Shown one piece after another: positions 10,806 to 21,677 of a stretch of DNA of 64,000 bases; position 1 is the first letter of the stretch; each line of letters begins with the position of its first letter. The stretch spans positions 384,001-448,000 of the forward strand of contig AL929603.2 of NCBI GenBank assembly GCA_000002445.1, read 5' to 3'. A model generated the notes under the pieces. The model had not been told where the DNA came from. It did not search any database and saw nothing but the letters and a program-made list of their open reading frames with translations. This DNA comes from Trypanosoma brucei. Its lineage: Eukaryota. The position numbers and the translations under genes were made by a program.

Positions 10806-12761
10806 ATGACAGAAAGAGAGCTTGTCACGTTGGCACTGGGAAATTACGCCACTTTGGTCGCCGCTCAATGGGCTAATGGTACAACAAGTTATGACGTGGC
10901 TCACAACACGCTTTACACCGAGCGACACCTCCGAGCCGTCTGCGGTGGGGCGGTTGATAATAACCGGAGTGAATTGCAAAGTGGCACGGATGGTTTGATA
11001 CGAGTGCCGCGATTGGTTCTTTTGGATGCGCCACACGCCACACGATTGCGGTGTAAACCATCACTCAATGCAGCTGCTGCTGTACAGAACGAGGAGAGCG
11101 AGGGGGAGCATGAGCAGAATGAAACTAGAATTTATGATGATGATGATGATGATGATGATGACGATGAAAGTGAAAGTGAAAAGGATGCGGGTGGCGATGA
11201 TGCAGAGTCTCGGTATTATACACGAGGTGAGGTGGGGACAGGAGTTTTCCTTCAAGGCGATTCATTGGCAATGAACTCTGAAACACATGAAACGGGGGCG
11301 TTTGATGCACAGAGAAGCACCTCGGAAACTGCTGTTTCGTCCTTTCAAAAATCACAACCTTCACTGAAAGCCATAAAAAGACGGTTATTCCGTGAGAAGG
11401 ATGATCTCATTCCATGGTGGCAGTACATTTGCAGTGGTGTCGCCTCCGATGCGGTACATGTGTTACATCCGCTGCATCGCATTGGCGGTATCCCCACAGC
11501 TGGTGGCAACGACATACCGCTGCTTCATAACTTTGGCTTTGGAATGAGCCACCTTCGCTCCTCCGTGAGTAGTAATGTTGCGGACGTAGTGGAGAGCCTT
11601 CGAAGGCAGTTGGAAGATGCAGATTTATTGCAAGGACTTCAATGTTTTGTTGATGGGGACTCCGCCTTCGGTGGGGCTGCATGCAACATCATGGAGGAGT
11701 TCTGGGAAGATGCCGGTTCAAAGGTGCCTGCAACGTTTTTTTGCTGTTTTCAGACACTTCCGGAGGAAGTTGCCGCGGCGCATAGTGATGTGGACTTTGC
11801 GGATAGGCGGAAGGACGAGCAGTGCCTTAATCGGCTTCTCGCCACCGCGAAGTTATCGAGCCACGATAGCGCCGTGTATGTGCCAATGGAGCTGGCGCAG
11901 TGGCGAACATCTTTTGCCTCTTCTTCTTCCTTGAATGGATCCACTCATTTGGCTCCCAAAGCTGCTGCCTGGCTTCAGGATGATACAGCCACAGCACAAG
12001 TGGTTGCATCGTTTGCTGATACCACCCTTTACGGGACTCGCGACGAGGGAAAACTAAACACAGGGGGGTGTGGTGGCCCAGCTTTTTACATGCAAGATTG
12101 GCAAGCCGCCGTCAGGCCCACAAGATGCCTGAGAGTCGCATCAGCCCTTACTTCCATGCCCATGCCTGTACATGACGTACGATTACCTCGAGGGGACTTG
12201 TGGGACTTCCTCCAGCGGAATCCGTTGCTTCAAACGAGTTGTGGCGAGGGCGGCGGCTATTTTGCACCACTAACACATGCTGTAAGCTCGGGACCAGAGA
12301 AAGAGTCGGGCCGCGTTCTGGGCCACGCGGTTACGCTCCGCGGTGCGGGTCAATTGCACGACTTGACATACCCACGCCAGGAAGCCCTTTTGCGTTATGC
12401 GCTTCCGCTGCGATCGGGGAATTATCTGCCACTTATCACTGACAATAGTTATCCCATATCATCCACATTCCCCCGTGACTTTGTGCTCCCTAATGAGTTA
12501 GTGTCATCAGGAGCTCTGCAGGGCATTGATATGGGCTCGCACATCGTGTCTACATACGACTCGGCACCCATGTTACAGTCTATAGTTGCTCAGGCACAAA
12601 AAGTGGTAAGGCGAAGCCGTCACCTCCACGAAGCGTCGTATGAGATGGACGGTGATGAGTGGAAGGAGGTGCTGGAGGATGTCATGGTCATTCGCGATGA
12701 CTATTATCACCCAGCTGATGAGGATTATGCCGATAACGGTGATGATATTAGCATGAACTGA
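10806..12761 (+). CDS. Misato/DML1-like tubulin-fold protein (mitochondrial distribution and morphology)
   Basis: The N-terminus MTERELVTLALGNYATLVAAQW matches the Misato segment-II pattern. The block FVDGDSAFGGAACNIMEEFWEDAGSK matches the Misato/DML1 tubulin-like motif. The ORF-track start 10788 is a GTG; the first ATG is at 10806. A poly-Asp insert is encoded by (GAT)n. Confidence 0.6.
   Translation: MTERELVTLALGNYATLVAAQWANGTTSYDVAHNTLYTERHLRAVCGGAVDNNRSELQSGTDGLIRVPRLVLLDAPHATRLRCKPSLNAAAAVQNEESEGEHEQNETRIYDDDDDDDDDDESESEKDAGGDDAESRYYTRGEVGTGVFLQGDSLAMNSETHETGAFDAQRSTSETAVSSFQKSQPSLKAIKRRLFREKDDLIPWWQYICSGVASDAVHVLHPLHRIGGIPTAGGNDIPLLHNFGFGMSHLRSSVSSNVADVVESLRRQLEDADLLQGLQCFVDGDSAFGGAACNIMEEFWEDAGSKVPATFFCCFQTLPEEVAAAHSDVDFADRRKDEQCLNRLLATAKLSSHDSAVYVPMELAQWRTSFASSSSLNGSTHLAPKAAAWLQDDTATAQVVASFADTTLYGTRDEGKLNTGGCGGPAFYMQDWQAAVRPTRCLRVASALTSMPMPVHDVRLPRGDLWDFLQRNPLLQTSCGEGGGYFAPLTHAVSSGPEKESGRVLGHAVTLRGAGQLHDLTYPRQEALLRYALPLRSGNYLPLITDNSYPISSTFPRDFVLPNELVSSGALQGIDMGSHIVSTYDSAPMLQSIVAQAQKVVRRSRHLHEASYEMDGDEWKEVLEDVMVIRDDYYHPADEDYADNGDDISMN
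11134..11168. repeat. Coding (GAT)n trinucleotide repeat encoding poly-Asp within the Misato-like gene
   Basis: Direct reading: atgatgatgatgatgatgatgatgatgacgatga, in frame as DDDDDDDDDDDE. Confidence 0.85.
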
Positions 12762-12906
12762 TCGGTTGCCCTATGTCCAAGGGAAACGCTAAATTGTCGT
12801 TTAAAGGATTAGCTTCTAACTTTAGCCAGTGCGGGTAAGGGTTTGTTGGGCATGCCCATGAGAGTCACAGGGGCAAGATATATGGCCTCAATGCCAAGTC
12901 TGAGGT

Positions 12907-13045
12907 GTTTTATTCTCCTTTTTTTTCCCCCCTTCAGCACCTCTTTGAATTTGACATTTTGCGTGTTGTTTTTTTTTCAGTTCGTACTGCCATTATTGTT
13001 CCGACATTTTCCTTTCCCCTCCGTTGCGCCCGTCTTTTCTATTCG
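12907..13045 (+). promoter_or_regulatory. Long polypyrimidine-rich region upstream of the TTLL gene (putative trans-splicing/polyadenylation signal)
   Basis: Runs of T/C with few purines (ttctccttttttttccccccttcagcacctctttgaatttgacattttgcgtgttgtttttttttcag...) lying between the Misato-like stop (12761) and the TTLL ATG (13190). Confidence 0.5.
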
Positions 13046-13189
13046 TTTGGATTATGTGTTATGCAGTATCAAGACTTAACACCTACGCTTGCCTCAGATT
13101 ATCCACAGCGTATCGTGTTTATTTGCATTCATTTTCCCTATTTTCACCTCCGCTACTGTTGTGATAACTTCGCAACTTAAGGTACAGAA

Positions 13190-15262
13190 ATGACAGACGG
13201 CGTTACATTACATGGAGAAACCGATGTGACGGTACAACGGCAGCAGCAGGAGCGGAACAAACGCATTGGAGGTGGTGCTTTCCACCCCACAACCCCTTCA
13301 GTGTACCGGTTTGAAAGCAGGGATGATTGTACAGTTTGGGAGACAACAAGTGCTCCACACACCCAGAAGCGCAGTGCTGCTGCGGACGAATATGTTACCG
13401 TATGTCTCAGCCCATTTCACGGTAGAAGACCCACAATACTATTTAAACCGTTTGATCGACCGTGTGACGATGATTTACTTGGAGCTGATAAACACATCTA
13501 TATTGAACCCTCACCACTGCCAAGGCTTCAAAGTGATGCAACTGAAGAAAGGAGTCAGGAAGAAGGTGTGTTTATTAAATGCCAGAGGACGGAGCAAATT
13601 GCCCGAACTGGACCGTACGGCACGCTCAGCTTTACGATGCCTGCCCCCGCAGTCCGCTTTTCTGCTGTTATGTGCGCTCTGGAGCGTGCGGGCTTTGTGG
13701 AAGACACAAGTTTACTCTCCAAATCCTGGTTGCTTAAATGGTGCAAACGCCCCGTACGCAGCGATTTTTCAAAACTGAGATTGTTTCAACGTATCAATCA
13801 CTTCCCGGGAACGTGGCGCCTCGGTAAGAAGGATGAGTTGCATCGGCACCTAGTCGCTGCAAGAGTGAGGTGGAACGCACAAATTGCTTCGGATAGTGGA
13901 GGCTACGGGGAAAGGCACCGCAGTAGCACTAACAGTAATGGTGACTGCTGTGAAGGAGGGAATAGCGAACATATGAATTTTTTCCCGGAAGCTTGGGTGT
14001 TGCCAGACGAACAGGAGGAACTGAATCGTGTACTGTGTGCGAAAGAAGAGCGTGGTAACGTGTTTATCGCTAAGCCCACAACAGCCGCATGTGGGCGAGG
14101 TATTCAACTCTTGGTAGCTGGGGAGCCTTCTCATTCCAGTTTAATGCGGCGACTAAATGGTGTACACAATAATTCGGATAGTACGCAGAGAGGACGTGGG
14201 GAAAACAACACACCCAACTTTCAATGTAGTAACGGTGCCGACATTCGTAGGTCATCTAATCGAATGATAGTGCAGCGCTACGTTTCGGATCCACTGTTAG
14301 TTGAAGGCTATAAGTTTGATTTGCGCCTCTATGTTGTTGTAACGTCATATGTACCTTTGCGCGCGTACCTCTACACGGAAGGGTTGGTGCGGTTCGCAAC
14401 TTCTCCATACCCAAACGACCCCGCCGGAGTCCGTGCTGAGGCGGTGATGGGTGAGAGGACGCTTACGGCACATCTTACAAATTTTACCATCAACAAGAAA
14501 TCGGAGGATTTCTTTTCGCCTGCCGGCGTGCACACCAACGATGCCGACGTTGAAGACACCGCGTCTGTAAACAGCGCTTCAAAGTGGACCCTTAGTGCTC
14601 TTGAAAGTCATTTTAACAAGCATGGTTTGGATTGGGATGGGACAATGAAACAAATACACGATATTCTCGTAAAAGTACTCCTTTCTGTGCAGCCCCACGT
14701 GAAGGCAGAAATGGACTCTATAGCCAGTGGCGGCAGTGGGAGCCGTGTGAGGGACAGTTGTTTTGAAGTTTACGGAGTGGATGTTTTGCTGCGCAGGCCA
14801 CCATCCTCGAAAGTAATACCGATTCCAGTTCTAATGGAAGTGAATATTATGCCGTCCCTCAGTACGCACTACTCGTTGCTTGATCAGTGTGTAAAGGGCA
14901 ATTTTGTTGCAGATATGCTCACGTTAGTTGGTCTTACTGCTGGTTCATCGCCTGTTAGCGCTGGTGGTACGCGCTGCAAAGGCAATGGCGACGGCAATAT
15001 GTCTCCGAGTGAAATTTACGGACATGCATTTCTTGATTCTTTGAATGATGTAACGGAGCGGGAGGCGTGTGTGAGAGCGGAGGAAGAGCAATTGCGAAGT
15101 AGGAACTTCATACGAATATGCCCAACATCAGAGTCATACAACCGCTATTGTGCTTTGTTTAGCGAGCCGGAAGGTGTGGGAAACAGATGCCGCTCGCTGG
15201 ATGAAGTGTTAAGCGCATGGGAACAGGCCAGACGTGACAACCCCCCATCGTGGGCTTCTTAA
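13190..15262 (+). CDS. Tubulin-tyrosine ligase-like (TTL/TTLL family, ATP-grasp) protein
   Basis: The block YKFDLRLYVVVTSYVPLRAYLYTEGLVRFATSPY...HLTNFTINKK is the hallmark TTL-family core. The ORF starts at an ATG and is 690 aa. Confidence 0.8.
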   Translation: MTDGVTLHGETDVTVQRQQQERNKRIGGGAFHPTTPSVYRFESRDDCTVWETTSAPHTQKRSAAADEYVTVCLSPFHGRRPTILFKPFDRPCDDDLLGADKHIYIEPSPLPRLQSDATEERSQEEGVFIKCQRTEQIARTGPYGTLSFTMPAPAVRFSAVMCALERAGFVEDTSLLSKSWLLKWCKRPVRSDFSKLRLFQRINHFPGTWRLGKKDELHRHLVAARVRWNAQIASDSGGYGERHRSSTNSNGDCCEGGNSEHMNFFPEAWVLPDEQEELNRVLCAKEERGNVFIAKPTTAACGRGIQLLVAGEPSHSSLMRRLNGVHNNSDSTQRGRGENNTPNFQCSNGADIRRSSNRMIVQRYVSDPLLVEGYKFDLRLYVVVTSYVPLRAYLYTEGLVRFATSPYPNDPAGVRAEAVMGERTLTAHLTNFTINKKSEDFFSPAGVHTNDADVEDTASVNSASKWTLSALESHFNKHGLDWDGTMKQIHDILVKVLLSVQPHVKAEMDSIASGGSGSRVRDSCFEVYGVDVLLRRPPSSKVIPIPVLMEVNIMPSLSTHYSLLDQCVKGNFVADMLTLVGLTAGSSPVSAGGTRCKGNGDGNMSPSEIYGHAFLDSLNDVTEREACVRAEEEQLRSRNFIRICPTSESYNRYCALFSEPEGVGNRCRSLDEVLSAWEQARRDNPPSWAS

Positions 15263-15675
15263 CATTATCGTGCGAAGGTTGCAAAGGGAAGGGGATGTAG
15301 CCGTTGTGGTGTTGGGCTCAAAAGTAGGCGAATCGGTTCAAACACAGAAAGAAATTACACAAGATTTTTTTTTACTTGGGGGGAGGGGGAAGGCGCGCTT
15401 CTTTTTTTTGTGTGTGTGTGTGAAACTTTTGTTGCTTTTGATGGTGCCGTCAGCGCTCATTTACGTAGATATGTGACCGCATTTTTTTTCATTTTGATCA
15501 TTGTCGTTATTGTTGCGTGGCTATTTATTCCCTCAGCATCAATTTTACTGTTTTCTCGACACAATTTCTGCCTTGCACAAGCACGCGCCGTGTGGAAGAT
15601 TTAAATAGACGGATAAATATAATAGGGAACAGACTACTTCCAAACAAAAACAAAAAAGAAAAGAGAAAAATAAAC

Positions 15676-17853
15676 ATGGGGAAAAGTTTTGTCGTACGGT
15701 CGGTCCTCACCGACGAGGATTCTTACGCCAACCGGATATACCTTAATCCCGCGGATAAGGCATTGTACAAACACCCTGATGGTGTTGTGATGATTAAAAA
15801 TTATCCCTTTACGATTGATGTCCGTGGCCCTATTGAGCGCGGGGAGGTCGCAATGAACAGCATTCAGCGCCGTTTAGTGGGCGTGACAACTACCGCAGGA
15901 AGCGTTGTGGAATTAGAGGATTATGTTGGCAGTGTAAGTTGCATTACAACCATGCATGTTTTGGTTGAACATGTTGCGGCATCCAAGAGGGGAGGAACCC
16001 TTGACTGTGATCTGTTCATTAAGACCTTCCGCAGACAATATAACTTTCAGTGCTTCCGCGATAAACAAGCTCTCGCTGTAAAGGTTGCAGACATGAAACT
16101 CTTGGTTACGATAACGAAGTTGGTCGTTGAAAATGACGGAACGGTTGGTCAAGTTTCTGAAAATATGGGTTTGATTGTGCGTGTTGGTGAAAAGAGTGAG
16201 ATAACGCTTAACAACCTGCCAGACGACCAGATAGACGCTCAGCAGCCACAAATACTGCAGACATTCAATCTTGAGGGACTTGGCATTGGTGGGCTTTCAA
16301 GTGAGTTTGCGCAGATATTCCGCCGTGCTTTTGCCAGCCGTCTGTTCCCGCAATCGTTTGTGAAAAAAGTTGGGGTGAAGCATGTCAAGGGTGTGTTGCT
16401 GTATGGGCCTCCTGGAACTGGTAAAACTCTTATTGCACGCAAAATCGGTGAAATTCTTAACTGTCGGCCTCCCAAAATAGTGAATGGACCTGAAGTGTTC
16501 AGCAAGTACGTTGGTGCAACTGAGGAGAATGTGCGAAAGTTGTTTGCTGATGCTGAGGCGGAAGCAGCTGCCAAAGGTGATCAATCGCAGTTGCATCTCA
16601 TCATTTTCGATGAGTTTGACTCCATTTGCAAACAGCGTGGAGCAACACGAGACTCCACAGGTGTCAACGATAATGTTGTAAATCAGCTTCTTTCCAAGAT
16701 TGATGGTGTTAATTCGCTAAACAACGTGTTGCTTATTGGAATGACAAACCGTATCGACCTTATCGACGAAGCGATTCTACGGCCAGGGCGATTTGAGGTC
16801 CACGTGGAAATTGGGTTGCCAAATGAAAAGGGTCGTGTGGAGATTCTCCGTATTCATACTCGCGGTATGCAGGAGAATAAAGTGCTGGGGAAGGATGTAG
16901 ACATTGAAAAACTCGCGGCGCTAACCAAAAACTACTCGGGTGCTGAGTTGGAGGGTGTTGTGCGCTCTGCTTCTTCCAATGCGTTCAACAGGCACATCAA
17001 CCTAGAAGATCCAAGTGAGATTATCAATCCACAAGACGTCTTTGTTACCCAAAACGATTTTCTGACAGCTATTGAAGAGCTGAAGCCGGCGTTTGGGCAA
17101 GCTAAGGAGGAATGCAACAATCTAAAGCGTGGTGGTATCATCAACTATGGCAAGGAATGGGTTGGTGTTGAGGATCGCTGCAGGCAATATGTGGATCAAC
17201 TGAAAAGTGAAGGTAAGCGAATCAACACCCTCACCGTTCTTATTGATGGGCGACCGGGCAGCGGCAAGTCTGCAGTGGCAGCTCATCTCGCAGATATGGC
17301 GGGTTTCCCGTACGTCCGTGTTATATCCAATGAGGATATGGTGGGATACGGTGAGGCACAAAAGGTGAACATCATTCGCAAAGCCTTTGACGACGCGGGC
17401 AAATCCCCGTTCAGTACCGTTATATTAGATGACGTGGAGCGCATTATTGAATTCTCTTACATGGGTGGGCGTTATAGCAATGCTATTCTCCAGGCTCTTT
17501 TAGTACTAATTAAGCGGCCACCACCAAATGAACGAAAGTTACTTGTTGTTGCGACTACCTCAATGTCTGAAGTGATGGACACTTTGGAACTCACTTCGTG
17601 TTTCTCGGTTAAAATGCATGTGCCGTGTGCCCCACAGAGTGCATTGGAGAAGATTGCACAGGAGATGGGACTGCAGTGGATGGATGAGCAAACCAAAGTA
17701 ACCTGCAAGACGGCCATAACGGAACCGATGCCCATCAAGCAGATGATGTTGTTGCTGGAAATGTCGGCGGAAAAGTGTGGAACGGGGCAACTTACAATAA
17801 TGGCTCAAACGTTCAGCCAAGCTCTCGATTCCATTGCGGGAAGGTCAGAGTAG
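15676..17853 (+). CDS. NSF: N-ethylmaleimide-sensitive factor (vesicle-fusing ATPase), two AAA domains
   Basis: D1 Walker A: GVLLYGPPGTGKTLIARKIG. NSF-specific block: NGPEVFSKYVGATEENVRKLFADAE. Walker B: IIFDEFD. D2 P-loop: GRPGSGKSAVAAHLA. The N-terminus MGKSFVVRSV...NRIYLNP is NSF-N-like. The track's upstream extension begins at a GTG (15517) and is low-complexity, so the start is placed at the first ATG, 15676. Confidence 0.9.
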   Translation: MGKSFVVRSVLTDEDSYANRIYLNPADKALYKHPDGVVMIKNYPFTIDVRGPIERGEVAMNSIQRRLVGVTTTAGSVVELEDYVGSVSCITTMHVLVEHVAASKRGGTLDCDLFIKTFRRQYNFQCFRDKQALAVKVADMKLLVTITKLVVENDGTVGQVSENMGLIVRVGEKSEITLNNLPDDQIDAQQPQILQTFNLEGLGIGGLSSEFAQIFRRAFASRLFPQSFVKKVGVKHVKGVLLYGPPGTGKTLIARKIGEILNCRPPKIVNGPEVFSKYVGATEENVRKLFADAEAEAAAKGDQSQLHLIIFDEFDSICKQRGATRDSTGVNDNVVNQLLSKIDGVNSLNNVLLIGMTNRIDLIDEAILRPGRFEVHVEIGLPNEKGRVEILRIHTRGMQENKVLGKDVDIEKLAALTKNYSGAELEGVVRSASSNAFNRHINLEDPSEIINPQDVFVTQNDFLTAIEELKPAFGQAKEECNNLKRGGIINYGKEWVGVEDRCRQYVDQLKSEGKRINTLTVLIDGRPGSGKSAVAAHLADMAGFPYVRVISNEDMVGYGEAQKVNIIRKAFDDAGKSPFSTVILDDVERIIEFSYMGGRYSNAILQALLVLIKRPPPNERKLLVVATTSMSEVMDTLELTSCFSVKMHVPCAPQSALEKIAQEMGLQWMDEQTKVTCKTAITEPMPIKQMMLLLEMSAEKCGTGQLTIMAQTFSQALDSIAGRSE

Positions 17854-19774
17854 GTCAGTATTTGGTGTCGGATCGTGCTTTGTTTTACTCGTGTTTAGTT
17901 GCAATGCTCCTTTGTTGCTGTTGTTGTTGCTGCTGCTTTTCATTTTCGTGTTCCTGTGATTTCGTTTCCAAATGTGTGGTGGGTTAACTTATCACCTCCT
18001 TGATAGGTTGTGGGTATGTCAGAAAAGGGTGGTGGAGAGTATGTGGTGCTGAAGGCTTGTATAAGATATCTCGCAAAATAGACAACAATATATGAGTGAT
18101 GGTACTGTTTTGTCAGTGGTTATTATTACCATGATGTTACTTGCTCTCCATACCTCAGGACTTGTTTAATTGGGCGATTTAATTATACAGCCCCCTTCGC
18201 ATTCTTCTCCCCTGTTTTTTTTTTCATTCTCTGCGCGGTACTCAACCTGGTCTGTTGCTTTCTCTAACGGGAGGAGCCCGTGATGCATTCGACACTCATA
18301 ATGTGTTGCCCTACATTTTACTGTTACTGTTTCTTTCGTTCTTTGGATGCGTCGTTTTTCTCATATGTGATTTCTGTTTTCCCTTTTTTGCCGTCGGATT
18401 ACCGTGGTTCAACTTATTTTCCCCTTTATTTTCTTTTCATTCACCCCACAATGCTGGGAGTACCGTACGGACGAGGGAGAAAAGAACAAGCACCAGCAAA
18501 AAAAAAACAAAAGAAAGGAAAGAGGATTGCGTGGAATACCGTTACAAACTTAAGGAACAAACATGGAAGGGGATCGTGATGGTCGACACCGCATGTATCA
18601 TATTAAAATAAACACGATGGCATGAAGCAGCACGTGCCGTGACAGCAATAACAGCAGTAAAAAAAAAAAAAAGCATATTTGCTTATATTTTGCTGTTTTA
18701 AAAAAAATGATAAAGGAGCGAATTCATGAGCCTAGTGTTTTGGAGGCATATTGGGGCGCATGTTCCTCTCTCATGCACGGTCAAGTAAAAATCTGCGCTT
18801 ATCTCTCCTTCCCTTAACTTTGCACTCCTCTTTTTCATTCATGAAGGTGAAAAATTACGGAGAAAATGCTTTTTTTTTTCTTTTCTGCGGTCAACTCGTA
18901 TTTTGTATGTGATACCTTACAATCTTTTTTTTGATGACAAAATTTCATTTCTTTCCTTCCTTCTCTTTTGTCTCTTACTCCTCATACGATGTGTTGTTGT
19001 TGTTTTTTTCGTATGGTACCACCTCATTGCAAAAGGGATATGGAATGATATTTTGGGAAATAACATAGTTTGATATGAAATAGTAGCAAAAAGGTAAGAA
19101 GGGTGAAAAATCGTTACTCCCCCCCTTTAAAAAAAAAAAAAGAACACACGTTTACTTTAGTTTCCTTTAGTTAATTTGTTCCACTGCTGACGATCGGTGA
19201 TGATCGTGTTGATCTGTTGTGACTTCCCTTCACTCGCCTCTGGTAGCACATGTTCCTGCGGTTAAGCTGCAGTTTTTTTTTTGTTGTTAAAGGTGAAAAG
19301 TTTAGCTTCCATTGTGAATGTAAGTGCGCGTGGGAAACAGACTGTCCCAAATGCCGCATCAACGGTAATCGTGAGAATTCTCCCACATGTGCTTTGAAAT
19401 GCTATTTTTTTTTTAAAAGCAAATATGCAAAAGTTACACTTTTCAGCCGGTGGGGTGTTAATATATTTGGACAAATACTCACATATATATATACGCATAT
19501 TCGCGGGGATATTGATGTGTGCATGAAGGGGAGAAAGGATTATTTTCTGCATTGTTACCATGAAATACAGGCAATTTTAGTGCAGAAGCCCGCACTTTTT
19601 CCTCTTAAAAAGTAGTGTTACGGCCCTTTCTGATTCCTTCATTCCCAAACAAATACAAAAACATGTAAGTGTGCAAGTATTAACATTCCTTTCGAGTGCC
19701 TTCTTTCTTTCTTTGTTGTTGTTTCTTTTTTATCGCTCCTATCACGATGACAGAAGAGGTTGAACAAATTTGAC

Positions 19775-20680
19775 ATGTCACTTCGGCGCCACGTGATTAC
19801 TCGGAGCATTTCAGTCCACAACCGCTTTATTTCTTCCAGTGGAGAACAAAAAACTGGAGGGTCGCGGGGTGGTTTCTTTTCGGTTCTTCGCTACGGACCT
19901 CGCAATCGAGCTGAACTATTCGGTCTCTGCCTCGGTTGTGCCATGTGCCCTTTATCGATTTATTTGATTAACTGGTGTGAAGGCTGCAGCAACAGGAATA
20001 ACAACACGCAACCGGAGTTGGTACTCGGTAATGAAACATTTGTAACTCATGGGGTTGCAGCTCCCGACAAGGGATCCAAATATCCTCTGGGAGGACCCTT
20101 TAGATTGCGCGAGAGCCGTACGGGAAATTATATCACCGATAAGGAACTCTTTCAGGATCATTGGACGCTATTATACTTCGGCTTCTCCAAGTGTGCGGAG
20201 GTGTGTCCATCTACGTTGCGTTTTATTACAGATGTCATGAAGGCATGTGATGAGAAACTGGCGGGTGACAAAAACTTATCGACAGAGGCTGCGAGGTTGC
20301 AGGCGGTGTTTCTTAGCGTTGATTCACGGCGTGACACGCCTGAGGTTCTTGAAGGGTTTGTTTCAAAATACGACCCTCGAGTCCGAGGACTTACCGGAAC
20401 CTCAAAGGAGATTGAGCAGGCGGCGAGGGCGTGGCGTGTGTATTATTCATCAATTGACGAAACGGATGAAGAAAAATCGGCGCGTGAGGCGAAGGGAGTG
20501 CCGATGGTGGGCGCCGATGATGATACGTACCAACTGGATCACAGTAGTGCAATATATCTTGTTGGAGTGGATGGAAAGTTGAAAGATTTCTTTTTCAAGG
20601 AAATGGGCGTTGCCGATGCCGTTGGAAGGTTGGAGGTGCATCTTCAAGATGTCTATGGATTTAAGGACACACGCGGTTGA
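19775..20680 (+). CDS. SCO1: SCO1/SenC-family copper chaperone (cytochrome c oxidase assembly)
   Basis: The thioredoxin-fold block WTLLYFGFSKCAEVCPSTL carries the CxxxCP copper motif. Further matches: VFLSVDSRRDTPEVLEGFVSKYDPRVRGLTGTSKEIEQAARAWRVYYS and the conserved His in QLDHSSAIYLVGVDGKL. A hydrophobic N-terminal segment suggests a mitochondrial inner-membrane anchor. The track start 19760 is a TTG; the first ATG is 19775. Confidence 0.8.
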   Translation: MSLRRHVITRSISVHNRFISSSGEQKTGGSRGGFFSVLRYGPRNRAELFGLCLGCAMCPLSIYLINWCEGCSNRNNNTQPELVLGNETFVTHGVAAPDKGSKYPLGGPFRLRESRTGNYITDKELFQDHWTLLYFGFSKCAEVCPSTLRFITDVMKACDEKLAGDKNLSTEAARLQAVFLSVDSRRDTPEVLEGFVSKYDPRVRGLTGTSKEIEQAARAWRVYYSSIDETDEEKSAREAKGVPMVGADDDTYQLDHSSAIYLVGVDGKLKDFFFKEMGVADAVGRLEVHLQDVYGFKDTRG

Positions 20681-21677
20681 AATAAATATATTTATTTATT
20701 TATTTATATTTCTCTTTATTATTTGAGGAAGGGAAGATTTTTTTTAGGGGGGAAGTAATCATCCGGTGAGCGGCGAAAACACGTGAAACTTTTCTTTTTT
20801 TTTTCTTCACAGTTCAAACACCACTGTTGTTCATTGTAGTTGCTTCGGTGTTTGTCTCCACTGTTTTCCTTCCTCCCGCATCTATTCTAGTCGTGGGATA
20901 CACGGTCGTGGGTGCTATCGTTTTTTTGTAAATGTTACATGAAGTTTCTTTTCTTTAGCTTATCTTTTCCTTTATTCTTTTGCATGTGTTGCTTTTGTTT
21001 TTCCTCTTATTATATTTTTTGCCCTTGTGTTGTTTGCGAAATTCCACTAGATTTGGAAGGAGACAGCGACTTATTGCGGCGGTGCTACGGATGGGATGGA
21101 CGAGTTAACGGAATACATGATGAGAGTATAATGAAGAAAGAGGCAACAGAAGGGTGTTTTTTTTCGCTTTTTTTTCTTATTTGTTTGTTCTCTCCACTTG
21201 AATGAAGAGATTGATATAATTGAGATTTATGAGGCTTGCTGCATCGGATGTTACTCACTCTTTTTATGTAGGTGCTGCATTGTTTTTTCCTCTTCTCTTG
21301 TTCTGTCTAATTTTTATGGATTTGTTTTTTTTTTTGTTACTTTAAAACAACTTTTGCTTCAGATTTTTTTTCTTTGTGTGTGTTTGTGTGTGTGTGTGCA
21401 CGCGTTTTCGTGGCAAATAATCCATCTGGGAGGTTTTGCTTCCCACTTGTGAGCCACCAAAAGGCGGCAGTGACGCTCGCGTGTGGTGGAGGTAACCTCT
21501 CTCCCGTTTCAGTATTTGGCCAGCAGCTCGTGTCAGTTGTTGGATCTGGTTGAGGCGCGGGGGAGAGGAGGATAAAGGGACATAGACATTTTCAAGAGAG
21601 GGAACTGCGTGACAGCTAACGGCCCTGCTGCGGTTGCTGCTGTCCAACAGGCCTCTAACGCATAGAATAGGGAGAAC

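Noticed and set aside
15517-15675. ORF-track N-terminal extensions (NSF from 15517, ELOF1 from 31607, SCO1 from 19760, 27390, 36020, 46931, 10788)
   Set aside because: These starts are GTG or TTG codons (bacterial-style start set) and precede low-complexity pyrimidine tracts. Eukaryotic genes were re-anchored at the first in-frame ATG, where homologous N-termini begin.
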